Shown here in pieces: positions 1 through 10,648 of a stretch of 64,000 bases of DNA. The stretch's first letter is position 1, and every line of letters begins with the position of its first letter. Under the pieces are notes generated by a model, which did not search any database, had not been told where the DNA came from, and was given only the letters and a program-made list of their open reading frames with translations. The position numbers were made by a program, and so were the translations under genes. Origin of the DNA: an uncultured Gammaproteobacteria bacterium (GTDB lineage: Bacteria > Patescibacteriota > Patescibacteriia > Patescibacteriales > UBA12465); contig CAYXNV010000002.1 in the NCBI GenBank assembly GCA_964466835.1, positions 3,779-67,778 of the forward strand. The letters run 5' to 3'.

Positions 1-204
1 ACTGAGGCTGGTATTGAAGTATTATATGATGATCGTGATATCTCAGCTGGTGAAAAATTTGCTGATGCTGATTTAATCGGTTGTCCCTATCGTCTAGTTA
101 TTAGTCAAAAGACTTTAGCTGAAGATAGCGCAGAAATAAAGAAAAGAGATAATGAGAAGACAGAATTAATTAAATTAACTGATTTGATCGCTAAACTAAA
201 ATAA
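1..204 (+). CDS. proS: Prolyl-tRNA synthetase, C-terminal anticodon-binding part (5' partial)
   Basis: Frame 1 reads TEAGIEVLYDDRDISAGEKFADADLIGCPYRLVIS...LK*, a typical ProRS anticodon-binding motif; TAA at 202-204. Confidence 0.85.
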   Translation, partial: TEAGIEVLYDDRDISAGEKFADADLIGCPYRLVISQKTLAEDSAEIKKRDNEKTELIKLTDLIAKLK

Positions 205-207
205 TTT

Positions 208-1248
208 ATGTTTGCTAAATTTCTAGGAAAATTCAGTCATGATTTAGGAATTGATTTAGGTACTAAGAATACCTTAGTTCATGTTGCTGACAAAGGGATT
301 ATTGCTAATGAACCAAGTGTAGTAGCGATTAATAAACGAACTAATGAAATATTAGAAGTTGGTGAAGCGGCTCGAAAAATGGTTGGTAAAACCCCTGGTC
401 ATATTAGCGCTATTAAGCCTTTAGTTGATGGGGTTATTTCTGATTTTGAAGTAACGGAAAAAATGTTAAAGTATTTTATTAACAAAGTTCATAGCGAGAA
501 TTTTTCTTTAATCCCTAGACCGCGAGTAGTGATTGGCATCCCTTTAGATTTAACAGAAGTAGAGAAAAAAGCAGTTGAAGATGCAGCTAAATCTGCTGGC
601 GTGCGTAAGGTTTATTTAATTGAAGAAGCAATGGCAGCTGCCATTGGTGCCCGCCTGCCAGTAACTGAAGCTACCGCCACGATGATGGTTGATATTGGTG
701 GTGGCACGACTGAAATTGCGGTTATCTCTTTAGGTGGTGTAGTAACTTGGAAATCTTTAAAAGCAGCTGGCAATGAATTTGATAATAATATTATTGAATA
801 TATTAGAGAAGAATTTAATATTTTAATTGGCGAACAATTAGCGGAAAATATTAAAGTTAATATTGGTTCAGCTGTTCCCTTGGATGAACCTCAAGAAATT
901 GAAGTTAGGGGTCGAGATTTAATCACTGGTTTGCCTAAGGCTATTATTGTTAGTGATAAACAAATTCGCGATGCCCTCAATCGAACTACTGCTAAAATTA
1001 TTGAGAATATAAAAACAATTTTAGAAACTACTCCACCAGAGTTAGTATCTGATATTTATGAGCGCGGTCTATATCTTTCCGGTGGTGGCGCTTTATTACG
1101 TGGTTTAGATAAAGCTATTTCAGTGGCAGCTAAGGTGCCGGTTAAAATTGTTGATGATCCCTTGACTTGCGTCGCTAGAGGAACTGGTATTTTATTAAAT
1201 GATAAAGAACTATTGGATAAGGTTGTATTAGCCAATAGTCAAGAATAA
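208..1248 (+). CDS. mreB: Rod shape-determining actin-like ATPase MreB (copy 1)
   Basis: GIDLGT, EPSVVA, DIGGGTT and GGGALL motifs; followed by mreC/mreD. Confidence 0.95.
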   Translation: MFAKFLGKFSHDLGIDLGTKNTLVHVADKGIIANEPSVVAINKRTNEILEVGEAARKMVGKTPGHISAIKPLVDGVISDFEVTEKMLKYFINKVHSENFSLIPRPRVVIGIPLDLTEVEKKAVEDAAKSAGVRKVYLIEEAMAAAIGARLPVTEATATMMVDIGGGTTEIAVISLGGVVTWKSLKAAGNEFDNNIIEYIREEFNILIGEQLAENIKVNIGSAVPLDEPQEIEVRGRDLITGLPKAIIVSDKQIRDALNRTTAKIIENIKTILETTPPELVSDIYERGLYLSGGGALLRGLDKAISVAAKVPVKIVDDPLTCVARGTGILLNDKELLDKVVLANSQE

Positions 1249-1262
1249 TTTAAATAGTAGCT

Positions 1263-2075
1263 ATGATTAAGATCAAAAAGAATAATCCATTTATTGTTTT
1301 TTTAGTAGTTTTAGGGCTACTTGTTTTTTTACATGGGGTTGGAATTTTACGTCCTCTAGAGAATTTTTTACTTTTTTCAATAAAACCTATTAGTGGCCAA
1401 TTATATAATCAAGGGACAAGTTTTAGTTTTTCCTATAAAGAACAACGAGAAAAAGAAGAATTAATAGGGAAGATTAATGAACTCACTAAAGAAGTGGAAA
1501 GATTGACAGTTGCTAATTCTAATTGGCAAGAGATAGATAAAGAGAATAAGAAGTTGAGGCAATTATTAAATTTTTCTAATTCTAATCAATTACAAACAAT
1601 TTTAGCGCAAATAATTGCCAAAGAATCTTTGTCTGATGTTAATGATGAAGAGAGAGATATCATTCTTAATAAAGGTGAGAAAGATGGTCTTCGTCCTGGT
1701 CTAGCGGTTATTAGTGAAGAGGGAGCAATTGTTGGCAAAATAATTGAGACTAAAAGATCAACTGCTAAAGCTTGTTTAGTTACTAGTCGGGGTTGTCGTT
1801 TAGCAGCTACAATTCAAAATCAAGCTCAAACAATTGGCCTGACTGAAGGCGACCTAGGATTAACAGTTAAAATGAATTATATTCCCCAATCAGAAACAGT
1901 TTCATTGGATAATATTGTAATTACCTCTGGCTTAGGGGAAAACATTCCTCAGGGATTAGTAATTGGCAAGATTACAGTAGTTAATAGTGAGAGTAATGAA
2001 GTTTGGCAGAGTGCAACCATTGAACCTTTAGTTAATTTTAATAATTTAACTTTAGTGTCAGTTGTTTTACCTTAA
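1263..2075 (+). CDS. mreC: Rod shape-determining protein MreC
   Basis: N-terminal TM, coiled coil ENKKLRQLL, VITSGLG motif, position after mreB. Confidence 0.92.
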   Translation: MIKIKKNNPFIVFLVVLGLLVFLHGVGILRPLENFLLFSIKPISGQLYNQGTSFSFSYKEQREKEELIGKINELTKEVERLTVANSNWQEIDKENKKLRQLLNFSNSNQLQTILAQIIAKESLSDVNDEERDIILNKGEKDGLRPGLAVISEEGAIVGKIIETKRSTAKACLVTSRGCRLAATIQNQAQTIGLTEGDLGLTVKMNYIPQSETVSLDNIVITSGLGENIPQGLVIGKITVVNSESNEVWQSATIEPLVNFNNLTLVSVVLP

Positions 2076-2079
2076 TTAT

Positions 2080-2613
2080 ATGCGGAAGAGATATCAATTA
2101 ATTATTAGTACCTTTCTAATTGCTTCAATTGCCGCTTTAATTCAATTTTCTTTAATTAGTTCTTGGCCAACTATTTTTAATGAGATTAATTTGGCTCTGA
2201 TAATTTTAATTTTTGCTCTATTCTTTTTTGGTCGCCCCAGTGCTTTACTATTAGCTTTATTCTTTGGTTTTTGGCTTGATTTCTTATCTTTTACTTTTTT
2301 TGGCCTTTATTTAATTTCTTTTTTCTTGGTAGTTTTGATAACTGACAGGATTCTGGGTAATTGGCTAACTAATCGTTCTCTATATTCTTTTTTAACTTTA
2401 ACGATAACAGCCAATATCGTTTATAGTCTTTGCTTTTATTTATTCCTATATTTAAGTCGAGCTGATCGAAATAATTTTTTTCTAGGTGAAAAAAGTTTTT
2501 GGTTAGCTTCTAGTTGGCAAATTATTTGGAGTCTTTTAGCTGCTTTATTATTATTTAATTTAGCCGCTGCTCTCACCAAGAAGTTAAAGCCATTCTTTTT
2601 GGAAAATAAATAG
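2080..2613 (+). CDS. mreD: MreD-like membrane protein
   Basis: Multi-TM protein with GFWLD motif directly after mreC; ATG at 2080 preferred over the ORF-track start 2062. Confidence 0.7.
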   Translation: MRKRYQLIISTFLIASIAALIQFSLISSWPTIFNEINLALIILIFALFFFGRPSALLLALFFGFWLDFLSFTFFGLYLISFFLVVLITDRILGNWLTNRSLYSFLTLTITANIVYSLCFYLFLYLSRADRNNFFLGEKSFWLASSWQIIWSLLAALLLFNLAAALTKKLKPFFLENK

Positions 2614-2649
2614 ATTTTATGGTATTATAATCGATATAAATATACATAT

Positions 2650-3624
2650 ATGACCTATAATTTTATTACAATCGGCGGAGCCACTCAAGATATTTCTTTT
2701 TTTACTAATGAGGGTGTTTTAATTGATAATCCGGGTGATGTTCTTCGTCAAGAATTATTAGCGTTTGAATATGGCGCTAAGATTAGAGTTGATAAATTTA
2801 ACTACACTTTTGGTGGTGGTGGCTCTAATACAGCTGTTAGTTTAGCTAATTTCAAGTTGAAGACCGCTTGCTTAGCTACTATTGGCAACGATGAAGTTGG
2901 TCGAGCAATTAAAAAGAATTTAGTTGATCGAAAAGTAAAAACAGAATTGCTTAAAGAAAGAAAAGGGGAGCAAAGTGGTTTTTCTTTTGTTTTGATTACT
3001 GACAAAGGTGAAAGAATTATTTTTACTAATCGAGGAGCCAATAGAAATTTATTAATCACTGAAGCTGATCTTAGATCTCTGAAAAAAACTAAAAATATTT
3101 ATATTGCTTCTTTGTCTGGTAAATGGGAAGCTAATTTAAGAAAGATTTTTTCTGTTGTTGGGCCAAAGATTTATTGGAATCCGAGTGAGGCTCAATACTC
3201 AGCTGGTTTAAAGAAACTTGGTAAATTTTTAAAGAAAACGACTGTTTTATCATTAAATAAAGATGAAGCAATTGAATTAGTTTTGAGTGATAGTAAATAT
3301 AAAAAAGCTACTAGTAAATTTTTGAATGATGTTGAAAATTTATTGAGAATTCTTAAAAGCTATGGCCCTGAAATGGTCGTAATAACTTCTGGAAAAAAAG
3401 GAGTTGACGTTTATGACGGTCAAAAATTTTATCACCGCAACATTCTTAAGGAAAAGAAGAGGGTAGATACAACTGGGATTGGTGATTGCTTTAACTCTTC
3501 TTTTGCGGCTGGCCTAGAGATATATGGCAATATCAATAAAGCCCTCACTCTAGCTTTAAAAAATTCAGCTTCTAAGGTTGCTCACTTGGGAGCTCAGAAC
3601 GGACTAATTAAATTTAGAAAATAG
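2650..3624 (+). CDS. PfkB/ribokinase-family carbohydrate kinase
   Basis: GGGGSNTA and DTTGIGDCF PfkB signatures. Confidence 0.9.
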   Translation: MTYNFITIGGATQDISFFTNEGVLIDNPGDVLRQELLAFEYGAKIRVDKFNYTFGGGGSNTAVSLANFKLKTACLATIGNDEVGRAIKKNLVDRKVKTELLKERKGEQSGFSFVLITDKGERIIFTNRGANRNLLITEADLRSLKKTKNIYIASLSGKWEANLRKIFSVVGPKIYWNPSEAQYSAGLKKLGKFLKKTTVLSLNKDEAIELVLSDSKYKKATSKFLNDVENLLRILKSYGPEMVVITSGKKGVDVYDGQKFYHRNILKEKKRVDTTGIGDCFNSSFAAGLEIYGNINKALTLALKNSASKVAHLGAQNGLIKFRK

Positions 3625-3625
3625 T

Positions 3626-4078
3626 ATGATTAAGGGAGTAGTGGTAAGAAAATTAGAAAAATATGATGATGATCGTGGTTGGCTAACGGAAATATTTCGT
3701 CAGGATGAATTAGAATTTAATCCCGCCATGGCCTATGTTAGCTCAACTAAACCCGGGGTTATCCGTGGCCCCCATGAACATGTTGAGCAAAGTGATTGCT
3801 TTATTTTTATCGGCCCTGGCTCGTTCAAACTCTACCTTTGGGATCGACGAGAAAATTCTGAAACTAAGGATGAAAAAATGGAGATTGAAGCTGGTGAAAA
3901 TAATCCCAGCTTAGTGATAGTGCCACCAGGAGTTGTTCATGGCTATAAATGTATTTCCGAAGTGTCTGGTTGGTGTATTAATTTGCCTAATAAATTATAT
4001 AAAGGCGAGGGGAAAAAAGAAGAGATTGATGAAATAAGGTGGGAAGATAAAACAGATTCTCCTTATAAAATAGAATAA
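3626..4078 (+). CDS. rfbC: dTDP-4-dehydrorhamnose 3,5-epimerase family (cupin)
   Basis: DDRGWL, RGPHEH and PPGVVHG motifs. Confidence 0.8.
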   Translation: MIKGVVVRKLEKYDDDRGWLTEIFRQDELEFNPAMAYVSSTKPGVIRGPHEHVEQSDCFIFIGPGSFKLYLWDRRENSETKDEKMEIEAGENNPSLVIVPPGVVHGYKCISEVSGWCINLPNKLYKGEGKKEEIDEIRWEDKTDSPYKIE

Positions 4079-4079
4079 T

Positions 4080-4481
4080 ATGTGTATATTTTGCCAAATT
4101 ATTGAAGGGAAGCTACCATCTCATAAGGTATATGAAGATGATAAAGTTTTAGCTTTTCTAGATATTTATCCTATTACTCCAGGGCATGTTTTAGTAATTC
4201 CCAAAAAACACTATCAAAATTTAGAAGAAATTCCTGATGATGAGTTAGCCCATTTAATGTCAATTGTAAAGAAAATTGGTTTAATGATGAAAGAAAATTT
4301 AGGTGTAATTGGTTATAATGTTTGCGAAAACAATGATCCAATCGCTGGTCAGGCCATTCCTCATCTTCATTTTCATGTTGTGCCTCGCACCGAGGGTGAT
4401 GGTTTACATTCTTGGCCCCAAAATGGTTATGAAGTTGGTGAAGCTGAAGATATGTTAGTGAAAATAAAAGGGAAAAAATAG
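4080..4481 (+). CDS. HIT family nucleotide hydrolase
   Basis: CIFC N-terminus, HLHFHVV histidine triad. Confidence 0.92.
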   Translation: MCIFCQIIEGKLPSHKVYEDDKVLAFLDIYPITPGHVLVIPKKHYQNLEEIPDDELAHLMSIVKKIGLMMKENLGVIGYNVCENNDPIAGQAIPHLHFHVVPRTEGDGLHSWPQNGYEVGEAEDMLVKIKGKK

Positions 4482-4482
4482 T

Positions 4483-5448
4483 ATGAAAATATTAGTAACT
4501 GGTGGAGCTGGTTTTATCGGCTCCAACTTTATTCATTATTGGTTAAAAAAATATCCAGAAGATAAAATAATTAATCTGGATTTTTTAACCTATGCTGGCA
4601 ATCTAGATAATCTCAAAGAAATTGAAAATAATTCTAATTATGAATTTGTTAAAGGTAATATTACTGATGAAAAATTGGTTGATAATTTAGTTAAGGATGT
4701 TGATCTAATTGTTCATTTTGCAGCTGAAAGTCATGTTGATCGTTCAATTAAAGATAGTGCTGATTTTATTCATACTAATGTTGATGGTACCCGAGTATTG
4801 TTAGAAGCAGCTCGTAAAAATGGCAATATTCGTTTTCATCATATTTCAACTGACGAAGTATTTGGATCGTTGGAACTTAATGATGAAAAATTTAATGAAA
4901 TAACTCCTTATGATCCGCGTTCTCCCTATAGCGCCTCTAAGGCCGGAGCTGATCATTTAGTTCGAGCCTATTATCATACCCATAAACTACCAATTACTAT
5001 TTCTAATTGTTCTAATAATTATGGTCGCTATCAATATCCTGAAAAATTAATTCCTTTATTCATAACTAATTTAATGGAAGGGAAAAAAGTGCCAGTCTAT
5101 GGGGAGGGGAAGAATATTAGAGACTGGATTCATGTTGATGATCATAATCGTGGAGTTGATTTTATTATTAAAAAGGGAAAAATTGGTGAAACATATTGTT
5201 TGGGTGGCAATACGGAAAAAACTAATTTAGAGATTACCAAAGAAATTCTGAAATTAATGGATCAAGGAGAAGAAATGATTGAGTATGTGACTGATCGACT
5301 TGGTCATGATTTACGTTATTCAATTGATTTCTCCAAAGTTAAGCAAGAATTAGGTTGGGAACCACAAATTGATTTTACCGCTGGCCTCAAAGAGGTGATT
5401 GAATGGTATCAAAACAATAAATGGTGGTGGGAAAAATTAAAGAAATAA
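4483..5448 (+). CDS. rfbB: dTDP-glucose 4,6-dehydratase
   Basis: GGAGFIG, AAESHVDRS, STDEV and YSASK motifs. Confidence 0.95.
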   Translation: MKILVTGGAGFIGSNFIHYWLKKYPEDKIINLDFLTYAGNLDNLKEIENNSNYEFVKGNITDEKLVDNLVKDVDLIVHFAAESHVDRSIKDSADFIHTNVDGTRVLLEAARKNGNIRFHHISTDEVFGSLELNDEKFNEITPYDPRSPYSASKAGADHLVRAYYHTHKLPITISNCSNNYGRYQYPEKLIPLFITNLMEGKKVPVYGEGKNIRDWIHVDDHNRGVDFIIKKGKIGETYCLGGNTEKTNLEITKEILKLMDQGEEMIEYVTDRLGHDLRYSIDFSKVKQELGWEPQIDFTAGLKEVIEWYQNNKWWWEKLKK

Positions 5449-5464
5449 ATTATTTATTAAATAT

Positions 5465-5818
5465 ATGGGTATAAAAATTGAATTCAATCCAGATCTTGCT
5501 TTAAGAAATATTTCTGAATTCAAGAATGGTAATAGGGGTATTGAAGAGTGCATTCCAGAGAATCTTGAGGAAGGAAAGATATATCCTTTTTTAAAAAAGG
5601 AACAGAGAAATTATTGGCTTCATGGAGAGGTGCCGTTAATAGAAACAAAAGGCAATGAGGTTCTTTCTCGTCCTAAGGCCAGTATAATTATTTTAGAAAC
5701 AACTCATTTTATAGATAATAATGAAATTTATACTAAAGGTCTATATAAAATCGTTGAAATTTTTAACGATGACAATATTCATTTTGAATGTTTTGACCCA
5801 GTGGGGAAAAGAGAATAA
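5465..5818 (+). CDS. Hypothetical protein
   Basis: 117-aa ORF in operon-like spacing; no family recognised. Confidence 0.7.
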   Translation: MGIKIEFNPDLALRNISEFKNGNRGIEECIPENLEEGKIYPFLKKEQRNYWLHGEVPLIETKGNEVLSRPKASIIILETTHFIDNNEIYTKGLYKIVEIFNDDNIHFECFDPVGKRE

Positions 5819-5837
5819 ATATTATTAAGTTAAACAT

Positions 5838-6254
5838 ATGAAGACTAAAAAAATTTTTATCATTGAAGACGATGTTAATATTCTCTATGGTCTTGAAGGC
5901 CAATTTAGCGCTGGTGACTTTGAAATAGAAACCAGTGAAGGAGATGAAGAGTTGGAGGAAATTATGGATCGTCTCAGAGATTACGCCCCTGATTACATTA
6001 TCTTAGATCTAATTTTGCCCAAGCTTGATGGTTTTGAGATTGTTAGGAAGATAAAGGAGGATGGTGAATTGAGCGATAAGGAAATTTTTATCTTCACTGA
6101 TTTAAGTGATGAAGATAGTCGTCAACGTAGCTTGGAATTAGGAGCTGATTATTTCTTCTTTAAAGAGGAATTTGACACCTTTGAATTTGCTGAAAAGGTA
6201 AAGAAAATAGTGGTTAATGAGGACAGGGGAGATGGCCTAGATGAAGAAGAATAG
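5838..6254 (+). CDS. Single-domain response regulator (receiver only)
   Basis: IEDD acidic pocket, ILDLILPKLDG phospho-Asp motif, GADYF; no output domain. Confidence 0.88.
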   Translation: MKTKKIFIIEDDVNILYGLEGQFSAGDFEIETSEGDEELEEIMDRLRDYAPDYIILDLILPKLDGFEIVRKIKEDGELSDKEIFIFTDLSDEDSRQRSLELGADYFFFKEEFDTFEFAEKVKKIVVNEDRGDGLDEEE

Positions 6255-6263
6255 GGTCAATAA

Positions 6264-6292
6264 TTGACTAAACGGGCTAAACATACTAAGAT
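6264..6292 (+). promoter_or_regulatory. Sigma70-type promoter for the second mreB
   Basis: TTGACT-N17-TAAGAT. Confidence 0.6.
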
Positions 6293-6316
6293 AGATTAGT
6301 GATTTAGCTTTTATTT

Positions 6317-7324
6317 ATGTTTATCAAAAGAATCGGGATTGATCTCGGAACAACCTATACTTTAGTCCACTTACCTAAACGAGGTATCGTTATTAACGAA
6401 CCAAGTGTGGTAGCTGTTTCTATTGATGATAAAAAGATTTTAGCAGTTGGCAACGAAGCTAAAGATATGATTGGTCGCACTCCAGACACTATTACAGCGG
6501 TTAAACCTTTAAAAGATGGAGTAATTGCTGATTATAAAGCGACTGAAGCTATGATTCGTTATTTTATCAATAAAACTTTAGGTGGTATTCGTTTGTTTCG
6601 ACCTGAAGTAATGGTGGCTGTTCCGGCTGGGATTTCTTCAACTGAAAGACGAGCAGTAATTGAAGCTACTATTGCCGCTGGCGCTAAAGCCGCTTACATT
6701 ATTAAAGAGCCAGTAGCGGCTGCTATCGGGGCTGATATTCCAATTGGCTCTACCACTGGACACATGGTGGTTGATATTGGTGGTGGTACGGCTGAAATGG
6801 CAGTTATTTCTTTGGGTGGAATCGTTGCTTCCACTTCAGTTAGGGTTGGTGGTAATAAATTTGACGCTGCTATTCTAGAATATATTCGTAAAAAATATAA
6901 TTTAGCAATTGGTGAGAGAACAGCCGAAGAAATAAAAATCAATATTGGTTCAGCTCTATTTATGGAAGATAAGTTACATTTAGAAATTCGGGGACGAGAT
7001 ATTGTTACTGGTTTGCCTCGTAGTATTACTGTTTCCAGCGATGATGTTACGGAAGCAATTCAGAATGAACTAGAAGCAATTATTTCTTCCATTAAAAAGG
7101 TTTTACAAAAAACTCCACCAGAATTATCAGCTGATATTATGGATAAAGGGATTGTTCTAACCGGTGGTAGTGCTTTATTGAGAAATATTGATCAATTAGT
7201 TTCACGAACAACTGGTGTGCCGGCTTATGTAGCTGATGATGCCATGCTATGTGTAGCCAAGGGAACTGGCATTGCTTTAGAAAACCTTAACTCATACAAG
7301 AGAAGCATTCTAGCAACTAAATAA
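6317..7324 (+). CDS. mreB: MreB/Mbl family actin-like ATPase (copy 2)
   Basis: GIDLGT, EPSVVA, DIGGGT and GGSALL motifs. Confidence 0.93.
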   Translation: MFIKRIGIDLGTTYTLVHLPKRGIVINEPSVVAVSIDDKKILAVGNEAKDMIGRTPDTITAVKPLKDGVIADYKATEAMIRYFINKTLGGIRLFRPEVMVAVPAGISSTERRAVIEATIAAGAKAAYIIKEPVAAAIGADIPIGSTTGHMVVDIGGGTAEMAVISLGGIVASTSVRVGGNKFDAAILEYIRKKYNLAIGERTAEEIKINIGSALFMEDKLHLEIRGRDIVTGLPRSITVSSDDVTEAIQNELEAIISSIKKVLQKTPPELSADIMDKGIVLTGGSALLRNIDQLVSRTTGVPAYVADDAMLCVAKGTGIALENLNSYKRSILATK

Positions 7325-7333
7325 ATAATTTTG

Positions 7334-7362
7334 ATAACCGGAACCTTAATAGGGCCGGTTAT
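7334..7362 (+). terminator. Hairpin after the second mreB
   Basis: ATAACCGG...CCGGTTAT inverted repeat. Confidence 0.55.
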
Positions 7363-7370
7363 TTGTATAT

Positions 7371-8579
7371 ATGACCATTGGAATAGACGCTTCGCGAGCA
7401 AATTTAAAACATAAAACTGGTACCGAATGGTATTCTTTTTATGTTATTGAAAATTTAGCCATATTGGATAAGAAAAATAAATATATTCTCTATGTTAATC
7501 AGCCAGTTTCTGATGATTTAAAGCAGGCAGTTGCTAACAACCCTAATTTTTCTTTTAAAGTTTTAGAGTGGCCATTTAATTTCTTTTGGACGCTTGGTCG
7601 CTTATCTTTAGAAATGATTTTTCGTCGTCCCGATGTTTTATTTGTACCTGCTCATACTTTACCCCTAATTCGACCCAAGAAAACCATTACTACTATTCAT
7701 GATATTGCCTTTGCCCGCGAGTCTAATCTCTATCGCCATGAAACAGCCAAAACGAATGTTAAGCTTTTCAAAGGATTTATTAATGTTTTGGTAAAAGTAA
7801 TGACCAGAGGGAAATATCGCTCTAATTCAATTGATTATTTACACTGGTCAACTGCTTTTGCTCTACGAAAAGCCAAAAAAATAATTACCGTTTCCAATTT
7901 CACCAAAGAAGAAGTTCTCAGGGTCTACCCTGAAGCTAAAAAAGATAATATTGTTGTTATTCATAACGGTTATAGTAGTGATTATCGTAAAATTGATGAT
8001 AAAAAGGAAATTAATAGGGTTTTAGAACGCTATGGCATTGAAGCCCCGTACTTTCTCTATGTCGGCCGTTTAGAGAAAAAGAAAAACTCTCCCTATTTAA
8101 TTGAAGCTTTTTCTATTCTCAAAGAAAATCACCCTGAACTCAAAGAAAAGTTAGTTCTAATTGGCAATGCTGGCTTCGGCTATGATGAAGCCAAATATGT
8201 GATTGAAGAATTTAATTTAAATCAGGAAGTTTATATGCCTGGTTGGATCAAGGAAGAAGATTTGCCTCATATCTTTAATGGTGCTAGTGCCTTTGTTTTT
8301 CCTAGTCGTCATGAAGGATTTGGCATTCCAGTAATTCAAGCTTTAGCCTGTGGTCTGCCAACCACCGCTTCAAGTCTAACTGTTTTCAAGGAGGTTGTTG
8401 GTGATTCACTTCTGTATTTTGATCAAAATAATAAACGGGATATTGCTCGAGCTATGCATAAAATCGTTAGTGATGATAAGTTAAGGGAAGATTTGATTAA
8501 AAAAGGATTGGAAAGAGTTAAGCAATTTAATTGGAAAAAATGTGCTCAAGAGACTTTACGAGAGATAGAAAATCTATAG
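7371..8579 (+). CDS. Glycosyltransferase family 4 (GT-B)
   Basis: TIHDIAF, YVGRLEKKKN, PSRHEGFGIP motifs. Confidence 0.9.
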   Translation: MTIGIDASRANLKHKTGTEWYSFYVIENLAILDKKNKYILYVNQPVSDDLKQAVANNPNFSFKVLEWPFNFFWTLGRLSLEMIFRRPDVLFVPAHTLPLIRPKKTITTIHDIAFARESNLYRHETAKTNVKLFKGFINVLVKVMTRGKYRSNSIDYLHWSTAFALRKAKKIITVSNFTKEEVLRVYPEAKKDNIVVIHNGYSSDYRKIDDKKEINRVLERYGIEAPYFLYVGRLEKKKNSPYLIEAFSILKENHPELKEKLVLIGNAGFGYDEAKYVIEEFNLNQEVYMPGWIKEEDLPHIFNGASAFVFPSRHEGFGIPVIQALACGLPTTASSLTVFKEVVGDSLLYFDQNNKRDIARAMHKIVSDDKLREDLIKKGLERVKQFNWKKCAQETLREIENL

Positions 8580-8619
8580 GTTTTATAAAAATTATGAAAT
8601 GTGATATTATAAGGATGTT

Positions 8620-10644
8620 ATGAAGAGAATAATAACATCTTTTTTTATACTCTGTTTGTTTCTGGCTCAACCAGTTTTAGCTAATTTTAAGCCCAATGAT
8701 ATTTATTATAAAAATCAATGGTATTTAGCTAAAATTAAAGCAGATAGTGCTTGGAGCAAAATTTCAAAAAGTCCGGATATTGTTATCGCCGTGATTGATT
8801 CTGGTATCCAAATTAATCATCCTGATCTGAAAAATAATATTTGGATTAATCGAGGAGAAATAAGAGATAATAAAATTGATGATGACAATAATGGTTTCAT
8901 TGATGATTTTAATGGTTGGAATTTTGTTAGTAATATTCCAGATCCTTCACCTGAGTTTATTGATGACTGGACCGAGGCAGGTATTTCTCATGGCACTATG
9001 GTAGCTGGGGTAATTGCTGCTCAAGGGAATAATAGGCGAGGGGTAGCTGGAGTTACCTGGCAAGCTAATTTAATGCCATTAAAAGTTCTTAATGATCGTG
9101 GTGACGGGAAAATTAGTAATGTGGTTAGAGCAATTGATTATGCTGTTAATAATGGAGCTGATATTATTAATTTAAGTTTCGTTAGTTTCACCCATAGTGA
9201 AGCCATGCAAGAAGCAATTCGTCGTGCCAATCAGTCAGGAGTAATTGTAGTTGCTGCTGCTGGCAATGAAAAATCAGGCGGAGAAGGCTATGATATTGAT
9301 AAGACAGCAATCTATCCCGCTTGCTACGACGGGCAATTAATTGGTGAAAACATGGTAATTGGGGTAGCAGCTACTGATGCTCTAGATCAAAAAACTAATT
9401 TTTCTAGTTATGGTTTTCGTTATGTTGATATTACTGCCCCGGGAATTAGTTTTTTTAATACTATTACCACTGGTAGTGATAAATATGATTCAGATAAAAG
9501 TTATGATGGTTATTGGTCAGGTACTTCTATGGCTACTCCCTTAGTTACTGGCACTATAGCTTTAATTGAGCAAGCTAATCCAGCTTTGAGTCGCCAAGAA
9601 GTTATTAATATTTTATTTGCCAGTTCTGACAACATTAGTCGTTTGAATCCTAGTTATTTAGGAAAATTAGGTAATGGTCGAGTTAATACTGATCGAGCAA
9701 TTTCCATGGCCAAAGAACGTCTCTATAGCCAAGTTGGTCGCATATTGGTTGTTCCTGGCGATAGTAAAACTATTCGACTAACAGCTACTAACGGTGATTT
9801 AGTAAAAGAAATTGCTTTACCAGATAATTTTGAAAATTTTAATTTAGCTAGTGGTGATGTTACTGGCGATAATCAAGAAGAGATTATTATTGGCTTAGGC
9901 AAAGGGAATAAGCCAGAAGTTAATATTTTTGATATTAATGGAAAATTATTAAAAAGCTTCTTGGCCTATGACGAAAGTTTTCGCGGAGGAATTAATGTTG
10001 CCTTGATAGATTTAGATAATGATAATCGTTCGGAAATAATAGTAGCCCCAGCTTCTGGCCGTGGTTCAGAAATTCGTATTTTTGATTATAATGGGCGACT
10101 TAAAAAACGATTTTGGGCTGATAGTCGCAACTTTTATGGCGGTCTTAGCTTGTCGGTTGGTGATATAGACGGTAAGGGCAGACAGCAAATTGTAGTTGGT
10201 TTTGGCCCTGGTAATGAACCTCAGGTCAGGATTTTTAACAGAGACGGTAAATTAATCGGAGTTTTCTTGGCCTATGAGAAAAAGTTTCGGGGTGGTGTTA
10301 ATGTTGTTGTCGGAAATATTGATGGTCGCAAAGATCATAGTAAATCAGAAATAGTGGTCTCACCTGGCAAAGGGCGCCTTCCTTTAGTTAAGATTTTTGA
10401 TAATCACGCTAAATTAAAAAGACAATTTTTTTCCTATACTAAAAATTGGCAAGGAGGAGTTAATTTAGCGGTTGATGATTTAAATAATGATGGTATTGCT
10501 GAGATTGCTGTTGGTGCCTATGCTGGAGCAGCTCCTCATGTTCGTGTCTTTTCTGGCAAAGGAATTTTAATGGAATCATTCTATGCTTTAGCTGAAAGCT
10601 TTTCCAAAGGTGTTAATATTGATATAATAAAGGTAAATAATTAA
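8620..10644 (+). CDS. Secreted S8 subtilisin-like peptidase with C-terminal FG-GAP/VCBS-like repeats
   Basis: Signal peptide; catalytic VIDSG, HGTMVAG, GTSMATP; repeated GDxxGD...EII...P.V.IF units. Confidence 0.9.
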   Translation: MKRIITSFFILCLFLAQPVLANFKPNDIYYKNQWYLAKIKADSAWSKISKSPDIVIAVIDSGIQINHPDLKNNIWINRGEIRDNKIDDDNNGFIDDFNGWNFVSNIPDPSPEFIDDWTEAGISHGTMVAGVIAAQGNNRRGVAGVTWQANLMPLKVLNDRGDGKISNVVRAIDYAVNNGADIINLSFVSFTHSEAMQEAIRRANQSGVIVVAAAGNEKSGGEGYDIDKTAIYPACYDGQLIGENMVIGVAATDALDQKTNFSSYGFRYVDITAPGISFFNTITTGSDKYDSDKSYDGYWSGTSMATPLVTGTIALIEQANPALSRQEVINILFASSDNISRLNPSYLGKLGNGRVNTDRAISMAKERLYSQVGRILVVPGDSKTIRLTATNGDLVKEIALPDNFENFNLASGDVTGDNQEEIIIGLGKGNKPEVNIFDINGKLLKSFLAYDESFRGGINVALIDLDNDNRSEIIVAPASGRGSEIRIFDYNGRLKKRFWADSRNFYGGLSLSVGDIDGKGRQQIVVGFGPGNEPQVRIFNRDGKLIGVFLAYEKKFRGGVNVVVGNIDGRKDHSKSEIVVSPGKGRLPLVKIFDNHAKLKRQFFSYTKNWQGGVNLAVDDLNNDGIAEIAVGAYAGAAPHVRVFSGKGILMESFYALAESFSKGVNIDIIKVNN

Positions 10645-10648
10645 ACAT

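Noticed and set aside
9840-10560. Repeats in the S8 protease C-terminus as DGR template/variable repeats
   Set aside because: The repeats are protein-level and diverged at all bases; no reverse transcriptase is present
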